Assembly (NCBI GenBank): GCA_016192995.1
Contig: JACPTB010000001.1
Coordinates: forward strand, 65,110-129,109
DNA: 64,000 nucleotides
Direction: 5' to 3'
Source of the DNA: Candidatus Woesearchaeota archaeon
Lineage (GTDB): Archaea; Nanobdellota; Nanobdellia; Woesearchaeales; DSVV01
Numbering within the stretch: position 1 is the stretch's first letter; each line of letters begins with the position of its first letter. Positions 26,870 through 36,224 of the stretch are shown piece after piece. The notes under the pieces were generated by a model. It searched no databases and was not told the origin of the DNA. It saw nothing but the letters and a program-made list of their open reading frames with translations. The position numbers were made by a program, and so were the translations under genes.

Positions 26870-28123
26870 TTACCCCTTTAGTAACCACTTCCAGACGGGA
26901 ATTGCTATTATTGTTTTATCTCCAATTATAAATTTATCTTCTTGATTATAAGTTAAAATTAATCCTTCTTTCAGCTTAAATTTCTTCATGGCGCTAACTA
27001 AGCCAGTTATTTCCCTCTCCCTACTATTTTCATTAAGTTCATAGCAAACCTGCATGGCTTTGACAATTTTTAGACCTTCTCTAATTAAAAAATCACATCC
27101 ATTTTCTTCTTGAAAGTAGAATATCTCTTTATTTTTCCTTCTTAAATTGATAAAAACAAGGTTTTCAAGCAGCCGACCCCGGTCATCAAAGAAAGAAGCA
27201 GAATTTTTGGCTGCAAAACCATTATCTATTGCATAAATTTTCTTAGGATTAACCAGCATTTTTTTCAGAGAATAATCGAATCGCTGAATAGTGAACAGCA
27301 GGTAGGTGTTTTCAAAATAAGAGATAAAAGCTATGACTGTATTAATCGAACCTAATTTAAAATTCTTTTTAAGAGAGTTATACGTAAAGGGCTTCCCAAT
27401 ATTTGTCAAGAGATAAGTAGCCAGGTCTTTCAATATTTTTTGGTTTCTTAGTTGATACCTAGTTATAATATCTCTAGCAAGTATATCCTTCAGTAATTCT
27501 TGAAGAACATCCGGTCTTTTTAGTTTTAAATATTCTGCAAAACCACCCTCAGAGAAATATTCTTCAAATGAAACTAAGGAGGGTTTCTCTTTTTTAAGCC
27601 TTAGAAATTCTCTAAATGAGAACGGAAATAATTCATGATTTAAGTGTCTCCCTGTTAGTTTTGTTCCGAGTTCCTGACTTAAAAGAGACGCATTAGAACC
27701 CGTAATTATCACGTGTTTCTTCAGGTCAACCAGTCTTCTTACAAAAATCTCCCATTTAGCAATATTCTGAATTTCGTCAAAAAAATAATAATTCTGTTCT
27801 TTATACTCTTCGTGAAAGACTTGGTCTAATTTTTCAAAATCACCTATATCAAACTCTCCGGCTCGTGAGTCCTCAAAATTAAAATAGTAGAATCCTTTCA
27901 GATTTTTCATCAATTGCAGAAGCAAGGTGCTTTTTCCACATCTTCGTATTCCTGATAAAATCAAAGCAAAAGGCACATTTAAATCGATAGTTGATATATC
28001 TTCCCTCTCTATGCCTAGATCAAATAAGGCCATTTCTTCTCTTTGCAATCTTACCAGTCTTCTAAGTGTTTCTTTATCTATCATGTAACTTTCTAATACA
28101 TTTAGATTTATAAATGTTTGCAT
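26870..28123 (-). CDS. AAA ATPase of the COG1373/DUF4143 family
   Basis: Walker A ILSGIRRCGKSTLL and Walker B FFDEIQ. C-terminal DUF4143-like region. Paralog at 50229-51491. Confidence 0.7.
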   Translation of the reverse strand: MQTFINLNVLESYMIDKETLRRLVRLQREEMALFDLGIEREDISTIDLNVPFALILSGIRRCGKSTLLLQLMKNLKGFYYFNFEDSRAGEFDIGDFEKLDQVFHEEYKEQNYYFFDEIQNIAKWEIFVRRLVDLKKHVIITGSNASLLSQELGTKLTGRHLNHELFPFSFREFLRLKKEKPSLVSFEEYFSEGGFAEYLKLKRPDVLQELLKDILARDIITRYQLRNQKILKDLATYLLTNIGKPFTYNSLKKNFKLGSINTVIAFISYFENTYLLFTIQRFDYSLKKMLVNPKKIYAIDNGFAAKNSASFFDDRGRLLENLVFINLRRKNKEIFYFQEENGCDFLIREGLKIVKAMQVCYELNENSREREITGLVSAMKKFKLKEGLILTYNQEDKFIIGDKTIIAIPVWKWLLKG

Positions 28124-28125
28124 TG

Positions 28126-28160
28126 CTAATGAACAATAGTGTTCATTACTAATGAATACA
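28126..28160. promoter_or_regulatory. inverted repeat TAATGAACA-N4-TGTTCATTA plus third half-site, candidate operator
   Basis: Perfect 9-bp inverted repeat immediately upstream of the ATPase start, in a divergent region shared with mscS. Confidence 0.4.
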
Positions 28161-28298
28161 AATGGATTTTAGAAGCACGTTTATTATTGCGACCTTCGGT
28201 TGCAATAATGATACTTGCACTGGTGTTCGCAAGTTTGTTTTTACTATTTGTCAATAATAATAAAGCTTAATATAAGGTAGAATATAAAATAAGGGTTT

Positions 28299-29756
28299 AT
28301 GGGGAATATATTACTTGGGATTGCCATATTCTTAGTAGTTCTAGCTATTTCTATTTTTCTCCGGCATTACTTTAAATATCGTTTTTTTAAGAACATAAAG
28401 TTCTTTGCAGATGCAACTCCAGCTTTAACAAAATGGTTATTTTTTATTATTTTAACACTCGGACTGCATATTGCATTTCTCGTTTCTGACATTGATAGCA
28501 ATCTTCTGTTATTAGTTAAAGCAGCGGAAATACTGCTTATCGCAAGGTTATTATGCATTGCTTCTAATGCCATAGCTGATTATTCAACGTCATTATGGGG
28601 AAAAACAATTGGTTTTAGAAACCGCATTAAACTAATCAAATTATTTAATGTTCTCACAAAAACAGCAATAGTTGTATTGGCAATTGACATACTTTTAGGA
28701 TTATGGGGAATTGATATTTTCACCAAAGGTTTTGATATCATTAATATTATCCAGCAAAATAATTTTACTAAAGCATTGATTTTACTCATTATTTATTTAA
28801 TTATTGCGCGATTAGTATTGTATCTTTGTAAAACCTATTTCACTGAAGTTGTTCACGATACTAAAACAAAATTCGATGATCTTATCCTAGAAAAAAGCGA
28901 GTATAGCATTTCTTGGCTTATTGTCTGCTATGGGTTAAAAGTTACGTTAAAAACAATGGGATATCAGGGAACAATTATTACCGTAGTCAATACCTTTATT
29001 GTGATCATAGTTGCTCTCACGTTCATTGCAATTATTGAAAGCCTTATTCGTTATGTAAAATATAAAACTGCCTCAGCAATGAATGAGGAAAGTATTCAGG
29101 TTTTTGCAAATATCAGCAAAATCATTAGTATTCTTATTGCATTATTTACTATATTAGTATTATGGGGCATTGAAATCAAATCACTTCTCTTAAGTTTAGG
29201 AGTATTAAGCGTCGTGATAGGTTTTGCTTTAAGAAGCACGCTTGATAATATGATAAGCGGCATTTCAATGATGTTAGACCAAAGTTTTTCAGTAGGTGAT
29301 ATTGTCAAAGTAGGCGAAAATGAAGTTGGTGAAGTTGCGCAAATTGGCTTGCGATCAACTAAGATAAAAACTCTTGATCATCAGTACCTTATTGTTCCTA
29401 ACGCAGAACTTGCAACAAAAACAATCATTAATTTTGCAAAACCAGATCCTAAAATACGAGTAGTCATCCCTGCGGCAGTTGCTTATGGTTCAGATACTGT
29501 CAAGGTGGAAAAAGTATTGAGAAATTGTTTAAAAGGATTTCCTCATCTTGTTGACCCTGACAAAGCAGATGTAAGAATGATAAAAATGAGCGATTTTTCA
29601 CTTGATTATCAGGTTATTTTTTTCATTGATAATTATCGCGAGCGATTTAAAGCAGTTCATAGCATGACGAACAAAATATACGCAGCATTACGAAAGAACA
29701 AGCTCGAAATACCATTTCCTACAAGAACTGTTTATTTAAGAAAGGGAAAACGATAA
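28299..29756 (+). CDS. mechanosensitive ion channel, MscS family
   Basis: Multiple N-terminal TM helices. Conserved MscS pore/beta domain (LSVVIGFALRSTLDNMISGISMMLDQSFSVGDIVKVGENEVGEV..IGLRSTKIKTLDHQYLIVPNA). Confidence 0.75.
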   Translation: MGNILLGIAIFLVVLAISIFLRHYFKYRFFKNIKFFADATPALTKWLFFIILTLGLHIAFLVSDIDSNLLLLVKAAEILLIARLLCIASNAIADYSTSLWGKTIGFRNRIKLIKLFNVLTKTAIVVLAIDILLGLWGIDIFTKGFDIINIIQQNNFTKALILLIIYLIIARLVLYLCKTYFTEVVHDTKTKFDDLILEKSEYSISWLIVCYGLKVTLKTMGYQGTIITVVNTFIVIIVALTFIAIIESLIRYVKYKTASAMNEESIQVFANISKIISILIALFTILVLWGIEIKSLLLSLGVLSVVIGFALRSTLDNMISGISMMLDQSFSVGDIVKVGENEVGEVAQIGLRSTKIKTLDHQYLIVPNAELATKTIINFAKPDPKIRVVIPAAVAYGSDTVKVEKVLRNCLKGFPHLVDPDKADVRMIKMSDFSLDYQVIFFIDNYRERFKAVHSMTNKIYAALRKNKLEIPFPTRTVYLRKGKR

Positions 29757-29811
29757 AGTATGAATCGAAAGTTATTTATAATAGTAAGGCATAACTTACT
29801 TAGGTGATAGT

Positions 29812-30078
29812 ATGGAATATGCAATAGCAAAAGTAAGTACAAAAGGACAAATAGTTATTCCGACCTCATTAAGGGACAATGTAAAAACAGGAGACGAATT
29901 TCTTATGATAAGAGATGAGGGGAGAATTATATTAAAAAGTATGAAATCTCTTGCTTTAAATCTACGCGACGATCTTGCATTTGCTGAAGAAGTAGAGAAA
30001 GCATGGCAGGAATATGACAAAGGGAAATTTCAAAAAAAATCTAAGGAAGATTTTCTCAAGGAGTTACAAGCATGTTAG
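29812..30078 (+). CDS. AbrB/MazE-type antitoxin
   Basis: SpoVT/AbrB swapped-hairpin motif KVSTKGQIVIPTSLRD. Overlaps the downstream toxin by 7 nt. Confidence 0.6.
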   Translation: MEYAIAKVSTKGQIVIPTSLRDNVKTGDEFLMIRDEGRIILKSMKSLALNLRDDLAFAEEVEKAWQEYDKGKFQKKSKEDFLKELQAC

Positions 30079-30320
30079 AAATAGAACATAGAGAAAATTT
30101 CCTTAAAAAAATTAGTAAAATAAAGCATCAGACCATCAAAGAACAAATCAAGAAACAAGTTGAGAAAATAATAGAAACTCCAGAGATCGGAAAGCCAATG
30201 CGATATAGTAGAAAAGGAACTCGCGAATTATATGTAAAACCTTATAGGCTAGCGTATGCTTATTTTCAAGAAGAAAAGAAGATTGTTTTCATTGATCTTT
30301 ACCATAAAGATGAGCAGTAA
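30072..30320 (+). CDS. RelE/ParE-family toxin
   Basis: 82 aa. C-terminal YRLAYAYFQEEKKIVFIDLYHKDEQ is typical of RelE-fold mRNA interferases. Confidence 0.65.
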   Translation: MLEIEHRENFLKKISKIKHQTIKEQIKKQVEKIIETPEIGKPMRYSRKGTRELYVKPYRLAYAYFQEEKKIVFIDLYHKDEQ

Positions 30321-30327
30321 CGTAAAA

Positions 30328-31284
30328 TTATATCTTCAATTTCTTAACAACACTTTTCTGCAAAGCTTCTAAATCAGTGAATCCTTTAACTGAAAAAGAA
30401 GTTATTGTTTCAGGCGGCAAAATATCAGACTTACTAAAATAAACAATCACTGGCTTTTCTGATTTTTTAAGATGATTGAATAATTTCTTCTGATCAGGAA
30501 TAGTTGCTGCTTGTTCAGTAAGATCAAAAACATAAATAATTACCTGTGCGCAATACTGCAAAGCAAGATGCGCCTGCTGTTCAATAGTATTCATTTTCTC
30601 GAATCTGTTTAAAGTTCCCGGCGTATCAATGAATTGAACGCGCTTGGATTTATATTGCCAGTATCCTAAATTAAGTGATTTTGTCGTGAAAGGATAATTT
30701 TCAATCTCTGGACTTGCAGAGGTAAGCTTTTTCAATAAGGTTGATTTACCAACATTAGGAAAGCCAGCTATGCATACGGTAGGGCAAGAGGTTTTAATTG
30801 CAGGAAAGTTTTTCATGGTTTTCCTGGCTTGTTCCAACATTAAAAGCTCTTTTTTAATTTGCCGTAAAAAAGAGGAAGTTCTTCCATAAAATGCTCTTCT
30901 ATGATTATTAACAACAGTAATATCTCTCGATAGCTTAATATTTTTTGAGGTAAGGCTTGTTAACTCATTAATTTTTTTAACGCACCAGTTCAAAGCTCCC
31001 AGAGATTTCTTAAGATGAACATAGTCTAACGTAATTTTAATAAGTTCTTGATAAAACGGATCAAGCTGGTCTATGCTTGGAAATGAGGTAAGAATACCCA
31101 TTAACTGTGTTGAAAGCACGTTTCTGATCGTAGTAATTTTTTCAAGCTCAATAATCTTTGACTTTTGGAGCTTATTAAATGCTTTAACCTCACGTTGCCG
31201 TTCAGCTTGCTCATTTGCCCTTCTAAAGGCAAGCCCTAAATAGAAATCATCAGTTTCCACTTTTTGAAGATTTTGAAAGTTCAT
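30328..31284 (-). CDS. NOG1-family GTPase
   Basis: G1 GFPNVGKST, G3 IDTPG, N-terminal NOG1-type helical domain. Confidence 0.7.
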   Translation of the reverse strand: MNFQNLQKVETDDFYLGLAFRRANEQAERQREVKAFNKLQKSKIIELEKITTIRNVLSTQLMGILTSFPSIDQLDPFYQELIKITLDYVHLKKSLGALNWCVKKINELTSLTSKNIKLSRDITVVNNHRRAFYGRTSSFLRQIKKELLMLEQARKTMKNFPAIKTSCPTVCIAGFPNVGKSTLLKKLTSASPEIENYPFTTKSLNLGYWQYKSKRVQFIDTPGTLNRFEKMNTIEQQAHLALQYCAQVIIYVFDLTEQAATIPDQKKLFNHLKKSEKPVIVYFSKSDILPPETITSFSVKGFTDLEALQKSVVKKLKI

Positions 31285-31319
31285 AAAAGATTATAACTAA
31301 GGATGCTTTATAAATCTGA

Positions 31320-32465
31320 CTAATCACAGAATTCTTTAAGTAATCTTACACCTTCTTTTATTGTTTCAACACTGCATGCATAACTCAACCTTATATAATC
31401 ATCCCTACCAAAAGCAATCCCTGGAACAACAGCAACATGCTTCTCTGCTAAAAGTCGTTGGCTAAATACTTCTGAACTTAAACCAGTATTTTTAATAGAA
31501 GGAAATGCATAAAATGCGCCTTCAGGAAGATTGCAAGTAATGCCTTTGCAAGTTCGTAATCCTTCAACAAGCAGATTTCGCCGTTGCTCAAATTCATTTC
31601 TCATCTTTTCAACACAACTTTGATCACCATTATACGCAGCAACACTTGCATGTTGCGCAATGCTGCAAGAGTTAGAGGTCATCTGGCTTTGCAGCGTGTC
31701 CATTGCTTTGATAATATCTTTTTCAGCTGCAGTAAATCCTATTCTCCAGCCAGTCATAGCATAGGTTTTGGAGACAGAGTTAACAATAATTGTCTTTTTC
31801 TTGATATCCTGTCCTAAGCATGCAATGCTTTTATTCTTTTTTCCATCATAAATAAAATGTTCATACACTTCATCAGAAATAACATACAAATTATGCTTCA
31901 GCACAAGCTCTTTTATTTTTTCTAATTCTTCTTGTTCGATAATTGCTCCGCTTGGATTTGAAGGTGAATTTAAAATAAGTATTTTTGTTTTTTTCGTGAT
32001 TTTTTGTCCAATCAATTCTGTAGTTACTTTGAGGTGTTTTGTTCCACAAAACACAGGAGTTCCTTCTGCAATTTTTACTTGCTCAGGATAACTCGTCCAA
32101 TAAGGAATAGGAATAATCACTTCATCGCCTTTGTTAAGTAACGCAAAAAATACATTGATCAAACTATGTTTGCCTCCATTGGAAACAATAATTTGTTCAG
32201 GTGTATAGGTAAGATTATTTTCTCGCTGTAATTTTTGGCAAATTGCTTTTTTCAATGGAAGAATCCCAGAATTCTCAGTATATTTAGTATAGCTTCTCTC
32301 AAGTGCGTCAACAGCAGCATCTTTTATATGCTGAGGTGTATCAAAATCCGGCTCGCCAGCACCAAAACTAATAACAGTAACACCTTTGCTCCTTAATGCA
32401 ATAACCTGCCCAGTAACTGCCAATGTTTTACTTTCAGAAATATTACTAAGACGTTTTGCGAGCAT
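31320..32465 (-). CDS. class I aminotransferase (aspartate aminotransferase-like)
   Basis: NSPSNPSGAI and SVSKTYAMTGWRIGF (PLP lysine) motifs. Confidence 0.75.
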   Translation of the reverse strand: MLAKRLSNISESKTLAVTGQVIALRSKGVTVISFGAGEPDFDTPQHIKDAAVDALERSYTKYTENSGILPLKKAICQKLQRENNLTYTPEQIIVSNGGKHSLINVFFALLNKGDEVIIPIPYWTSYPEQVKIAEGTPVFCGTKHLKVTTELIGQKITKKTKILILNSPSNPSGAIIEQEELEKIKELVLKHNLYVISDEVYEHFIYDGKKNKSIACLGQDIKKKTIIVNSVSKTYAMTGWRIGFTAAEKDIIKAMDTLQSQMTSNSCSIAQHASVAAYNGDQSCVEKMRNEFEQRRNLLVEGLRTCKGITCNLPEGAFYAFPSIKNTGLSSEVFSQRLLAEKHVAVVPGIAFGRDDYIRLSYACSVETIKEGVRLLKEFCD

Positions 32466-32497
32466 AATAATTTCTTATTAATAAGAAATTAATAAAT

Positions 32498-33022
32498 TTA
32501 TTTATTTTCATGGACAAATAGTTTGCAAGTGCAGGGTAATTTATACTGCGCTTTTTTCAATGCTTTTTTCGCAACATCAAGATGTTGTTTTTCAACATAG
32601 GCGCTTAATACAATCTGCCCTTCTTTAACCTGCGCTGCAATGCCAATGGGCTTGCCAAAAGCAAATGCCATCCCCGTACTCATACGGTCTGCACCTGCGC
32701 CTGAAGCTAATGGATTTTCACGAAGAATATGATGTGGATAGGGACGTAATAGGAGCTGAAAGCCGCTTTTGCCAAGGGCTTTTTCCAATGTTCTGTTTGA
32801 AGTAAGCCTTGCTGATTCTAAGCAGTTATGTCGTAATTGCAAAGATTCAGTTACACAAAGATCTACTTGGTAAGGAAATTTCCTTGATAAATCACCCATA
32901 TTATAACGAACAATTTTACTATGGGGAGAAGCACGCACATACGCTTTCTGCCTAAATTTAGATCTTCTTGTATAAGGCCGATCAATGCGCCTATAAGAAA
33001 CACCTTTTCGTAATTTTGCCAT
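32498..33022 (-). CDS. rpl10e: 50S ribosomal protein L10e (uL16)
   Basis: MAKLRKGVSYRR...RLTSN...Q conserved L10e N-terminus and core. Confidence 0.9.
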   Translation of the reverse strand: MAKLRKGVSYRRIDRPYTRRSKFRQKAYVRASPHSKIVRYNMGDLSRKFPYQVDLCVTESLQLRHNCLESARLTSNRTLEKALGKSGFQLLLRPYPHHILRENPLASGAGADRMSTGMAFAFGKPIGIAAQVKEGQIVLSAYVEKQHLDVAKKALKKAQYKLPCTCKLFVHENK

Positions 33023-33064
33023 GATTGTTGAGTTTATGGCTTATTTATAAATTTTGTTATCAAG

Positions 33065-33222
33065 TGTACGTAATAAGTCTGGGGTTTTAGCGCCTGCTTT
33101 TGTGAAGCTCTTCTTAACTTTACTTTGGGGATTTTTCGGAGTTCCAGAGAGAAAAATCCAATTGAAGAACACTTCAAAAGCTGAACCGGCGCTAAAACCT
33201 AAGGAGGACTTATTACGTACTA
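33065..33222. mobile_element. MITE, family 1
   Basis: 29-bp TIRs GTACGTAATAAGTCTGGGGTTTTAGCGCC / GGCGCTAAAACCTAAGGAGGACTTATTACGTAC. 8-bp TSD TATCAAGT at 33057-33064 and 33223-33230. Sits 43 bp upstream of the rpl10e start. Confidence 0.85.
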
Positions 33223-33263
33223 TCAAGTTAGTGACACTAAGATTATACCACTAATTGAATTTC

Positions 33264-34565
33264 TCACTCATTAATTTTCCATAATTTAGTATCCTTATCC
33301 CAAGCAACTTGTTTTCTATATCCTTTCCCACCAACATATATTTCACACCCATTACCTGGATTTGAGAAATCAAAAATAGGAATATCAACATGGCTTGAAG
33401 CACGAGGAAATACTCCTTGGTCTTTTAATCGCTCTGCAAGAACATCTCTTTTTGTCAAATCAAGTTCTTTCATTAATTCAGGAACAGATTCTTCAGAACC
33501 ATTACCTAAAGCAAGAACTAAAACACCACCTCGTTTTTCAGTATAAAACGGAACTTTCATTCTTGGATCAATACCTGGATGTAATCCTAATGATACTTCA
33601 CCAATACCATGTGTTTTACCTGTTGGTTTTCCCTGTGCATCATAAACTTTAACAATTGCATCTAAATTATGACCGCTATCTTTGACAGCATTATAGCTTG
33701 TCACCGTTCCATCGTCGCCAAATTTAAGCTGTATACCGTTCAGAGTGTAATTTTTATAAACAAAAGGGACGCTAGTAAAAACACTTCCTTTAACTGCATT
33801 AGTTACAGGTGTTAAAAACATTTCTCCACCTGGCATATTTTTATGGCCATCATCAAAAACAGCAACACGATGTTCTATTCCTACATATAATGTTGCTCTT
33901 GTTGTACCTGCAAATTGATGAGTTATGATTTCTATGTAATCTGCATCATCAAGTAATGTTTTAAGTTCAGCATAATCTTGTCCCATTTTCTGGTAATTTA
34001 CATCAATACAAGGACTTAGAGCAGCTTTTCTAAATGCAGCCATATTTACCTGTCCCCTTTTATCAAGAAATCCATTGCTTCGTGCTTCTGCTCTCGTTGG
34101 ATATAAAGCAACAGTCCATGGTTTTGAACGCATCATTTTTTGTCCATAGGGACTTAATGTTCGCCAGAACAAATCATTCATTGCACTGGTCGAAATACCT
34201 TTAACTGAATTATATCTTTGTGGATCTTCAACACCCTTAATATTAAGATAAACGGTATTCTGTTGATCTAATAATGCACCTTCACTGTTAGCAGCAGCAA
34301 TAACTTTGCTAGGATCACTTGCAGTTGCTGCTTCAACTAATAATGCAACACGTTCTCGAGGATCATGCATTCTATTAAGGATTGTTCCTCCAGCTTGTTC
34401 AACTTCTCTAACAACAAGATCAACAAGTGTTTGTTTTTCTCTATTAGCTTCGCCAGAAAGATGGACAGTTATACCTTGAAGACTTCCACCTGCGACTTGC
34501 CCTGCAAGAGAATAATGAACTAATTGTTGTGCATATCTATTTAACTGATCTTCAAACTGAGTCAT
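33264..34565 (-). CDS. aminopeptidase, M29 (AmpS/PepS) family-like
   Basis: GEMFLTPV (cf. EEVFTAP), HVD and THGIGE motifs in the order seen in M29 enzymes. Comparison is from memory. Confidence 0.55.
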   Translation of the reverse strand: MTQFEDQLNRYAQQLVHYSLAGQVAGGSLQGITVHLSGEANREKQTLVDLVVREVEQAGGTILNRMHDPRERVALLVEAATASDPSKVIAAANSEGALLDQQNTVYLNIKGVEDPQRYNSVKGISTSAMNDLFWRTLSPYGQKMMRSKPWTVALYPTRAEARSNGFLDKRGQVNMAAFRKAALSPCIDVNYQKMGQDYAELKTLLDDADYIEIITHQFAGTTRATLYVGIEHRVAVFDDGHKNMPGGEMFLTPVTNAVKGSVFTSVPFVYKNYTLNGIQLKFGDDGTVTSYNAVKDSGHNLDAIVKVYDAQGKPTGKTHGIGEVSLGLHPGIDPRMKVPFYTEKRGGVLVLALGNGSEESVPELMKELDLTKRDVLAERLKDQGVFPRASSHVDIPIFDFSNPGNGCEIYVGGKGYRKQVAWDKDTKLWKINE

Positions 34566-34719
34566 AGTACTATGTTTCCTCCATTTCTATTCCAGATAGT
34601 ATCCTTCTAAAATATCTTAACATCCCCAGAAAATTGAGGTATTTACCTCTTATTAATAATGAAAAAACCAATGTTTTATAAAGTTATCTATTTCAGTATA
34701 GTTCCACCATAATACAAGG

Positions 34720-34961
34720 TACGTAATAAGTCTGGGGTTTTAGCGCCTACTTTTGTGAAGCTCCTCGATATCTTTATTTGGAATTTTTCGGGGTTCCTTG
34801 CCGATAGGCAAGTCTTATAATCCCAGACGCAAGCCAACTTATGAATCCTTGATTTATATTATTGAGAGAGTCGGGATTATATTTATAGAGAGAAAAATCC
34901 AATCGAAATAATATGTTTAAGCTGAACCGGCGCTAAAACCTAAAGAAGACTTATTACGTAC
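34720..34961. mobile_element. composite MITE: family 1 with nested about 93-bp element (same subfamily as 18345-18588)
   Basis: Family-1 TIRs. Insert TTGCCGATAGGCAAGTCTTATAATCCCAGAC...GTCGGGATTATATTTATAG sits between TTCC and AGAGAG of the core. No clean TSD seen. Confidence 0.75.
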
Positions 34962-34986
34962 CATACCAGTATATCGAGGTGATTAC

Positions 34987-35535
34987 ATGGTCTTATTAGA
35001 ATCCAGGTATGATACATTAAAACACGGAGATAAAGCACCTTCCTTTGCGTTGAAGAGTATTTCAGGAAAATTATGTTTTTTTGACAAAGTTTCTGGTTAT
35101 CAAGGATATGTGATTATCTTCATGTGCAATCATTGTCCTTATGTTGTACCTAAAATAAAAACTATGATTGATCTGCAAAAAGAATTTCCTCAGATTAAAT
35201 TTATTGGTATCAATAGCAATAACAACCCTGAGTACCCAGATGATAATTTTGAACATATGCAGAAATATGCAGCGCAGTGGAAATTAAATTTTGAGTATGT
35301 GATTGATGAAACTCAAGAGATAGCAAAGAACTATGGAGCAACCTGCACGCCTGATCCATTTCTCTTCGACAAAAACAAGAAATTAGTCTATCATGGAAGA
35401 CTCGATCAATTTCATGGTAAAGAGCAAGGCAATGGCGAAGATCTGCGGCATGCAATTAAAGAAATGCTTGCAGGAAGAAAAGTTTCAGATGACGAAATGT
35501 ATTCCATGGGTTGTTCAATCAAATGGATGAAATAA
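34987..35535 (+). CDS. thioredoxin-fold redoxin (TlpA/peroxiredoxin-like)
   Basis: CNHCP active-site motif in a thioredoxin-like context (YVIIFMCNHCPYV). Confidence 0.55.
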   Translation: MVLLESRYDTLKHGDKAPSFALKSISGKLCFFDKVSGYQGYVIIFMCNHCPYVVPKIKTMIDLQKEFPQIKFIGINSNNNPEYPDDNFEHMQKYAAQWKLNFEYVIDETQEIAKNYGATCTPDPFLFDKNKKLVYHGRLDQFHGKEQGNGEDLRHAIKEMLAGRKVSDDEMYSMGCSIKWMK

Positions 35536-35604
35536 GATTAGAACTAAGGAAATAACAATAAGTTGATTATCAGAAAATAAAGACAATAATATAGGTGAAG
35601 CATT

Positions 35605-36144
35605 TTGATCATTACTATCTCTGGAAAACCTGGTGCTGGAAAAAGTACCGTGGCAAAATTAGCAGCTCGAAAACTGAAGATGAAGCATTATTCTGCTGGA
35701 GAGTTATGGAGAAAAATTGCCCGAAGGAAAAAGATAACTATTTTGCAATTAAATAGATTAGCTGAAAAAAATCCGAATTATGACAAGAAATTAGATGCAG
35801 AAGTTGCAAAACTAGGAACAACACAGGACAATTTTGTTATTGATGGAAGATTGGCGTTTTATTTTATTCCAAATTCTGTTAAAATATTTCTTGATGGTTC
35901 CTTAGAAGTTCGCGCTAAGCGTATTCTCAAAGACAATCGCAAGGAAGAAGATAACCTAACTATTGCCGATACGATAGAAAAAATCAAAAACAGGGAGGGA
36001 TCTGAGCGTAAACGATACAAAAAACTTTATGGCATAGATATGTATCATTCAGAGCATTTTGACCTTGTCATCCCTACCTCTAAAGCGAGCATTTCTCAAG
36101 TAACAAACAAGGTTGTTTCCTTCATAAAAAACAGGAACATTTAA
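35605..36144 (+). CDS. cmk: archaeal-type cytidylate kinase
   Basis: MIITISGKPGAGKSTVAKLAA ... VIDGRLA ... LEVRAKRI parallels the archaeal CMP kinase family. Confidence 0.8.
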   Translation: MIITISGKPGAGKSTVAKLAARKLKMKHYSAGELWRKIARRKKITILQLNRLAEKNPNYDKKLDAEVAKLGTTQDNFVIDGRLAFYFIPNSVKIFLDGSLEVRAKRILKDNRKEEDNLTIADTIEKIKNREGSERKRYKKLYGIDMYHSEHFDLVIPTSKASISQVTNKVVSFIKNRNI

Positions 36145-36224
36145 AAACAATGGTGTATTATTCACCTAGAAGTGGCACTGTTAAAAATTATATGAATTTA
36201 TATTTAAAACATTGAGGTAAAACT

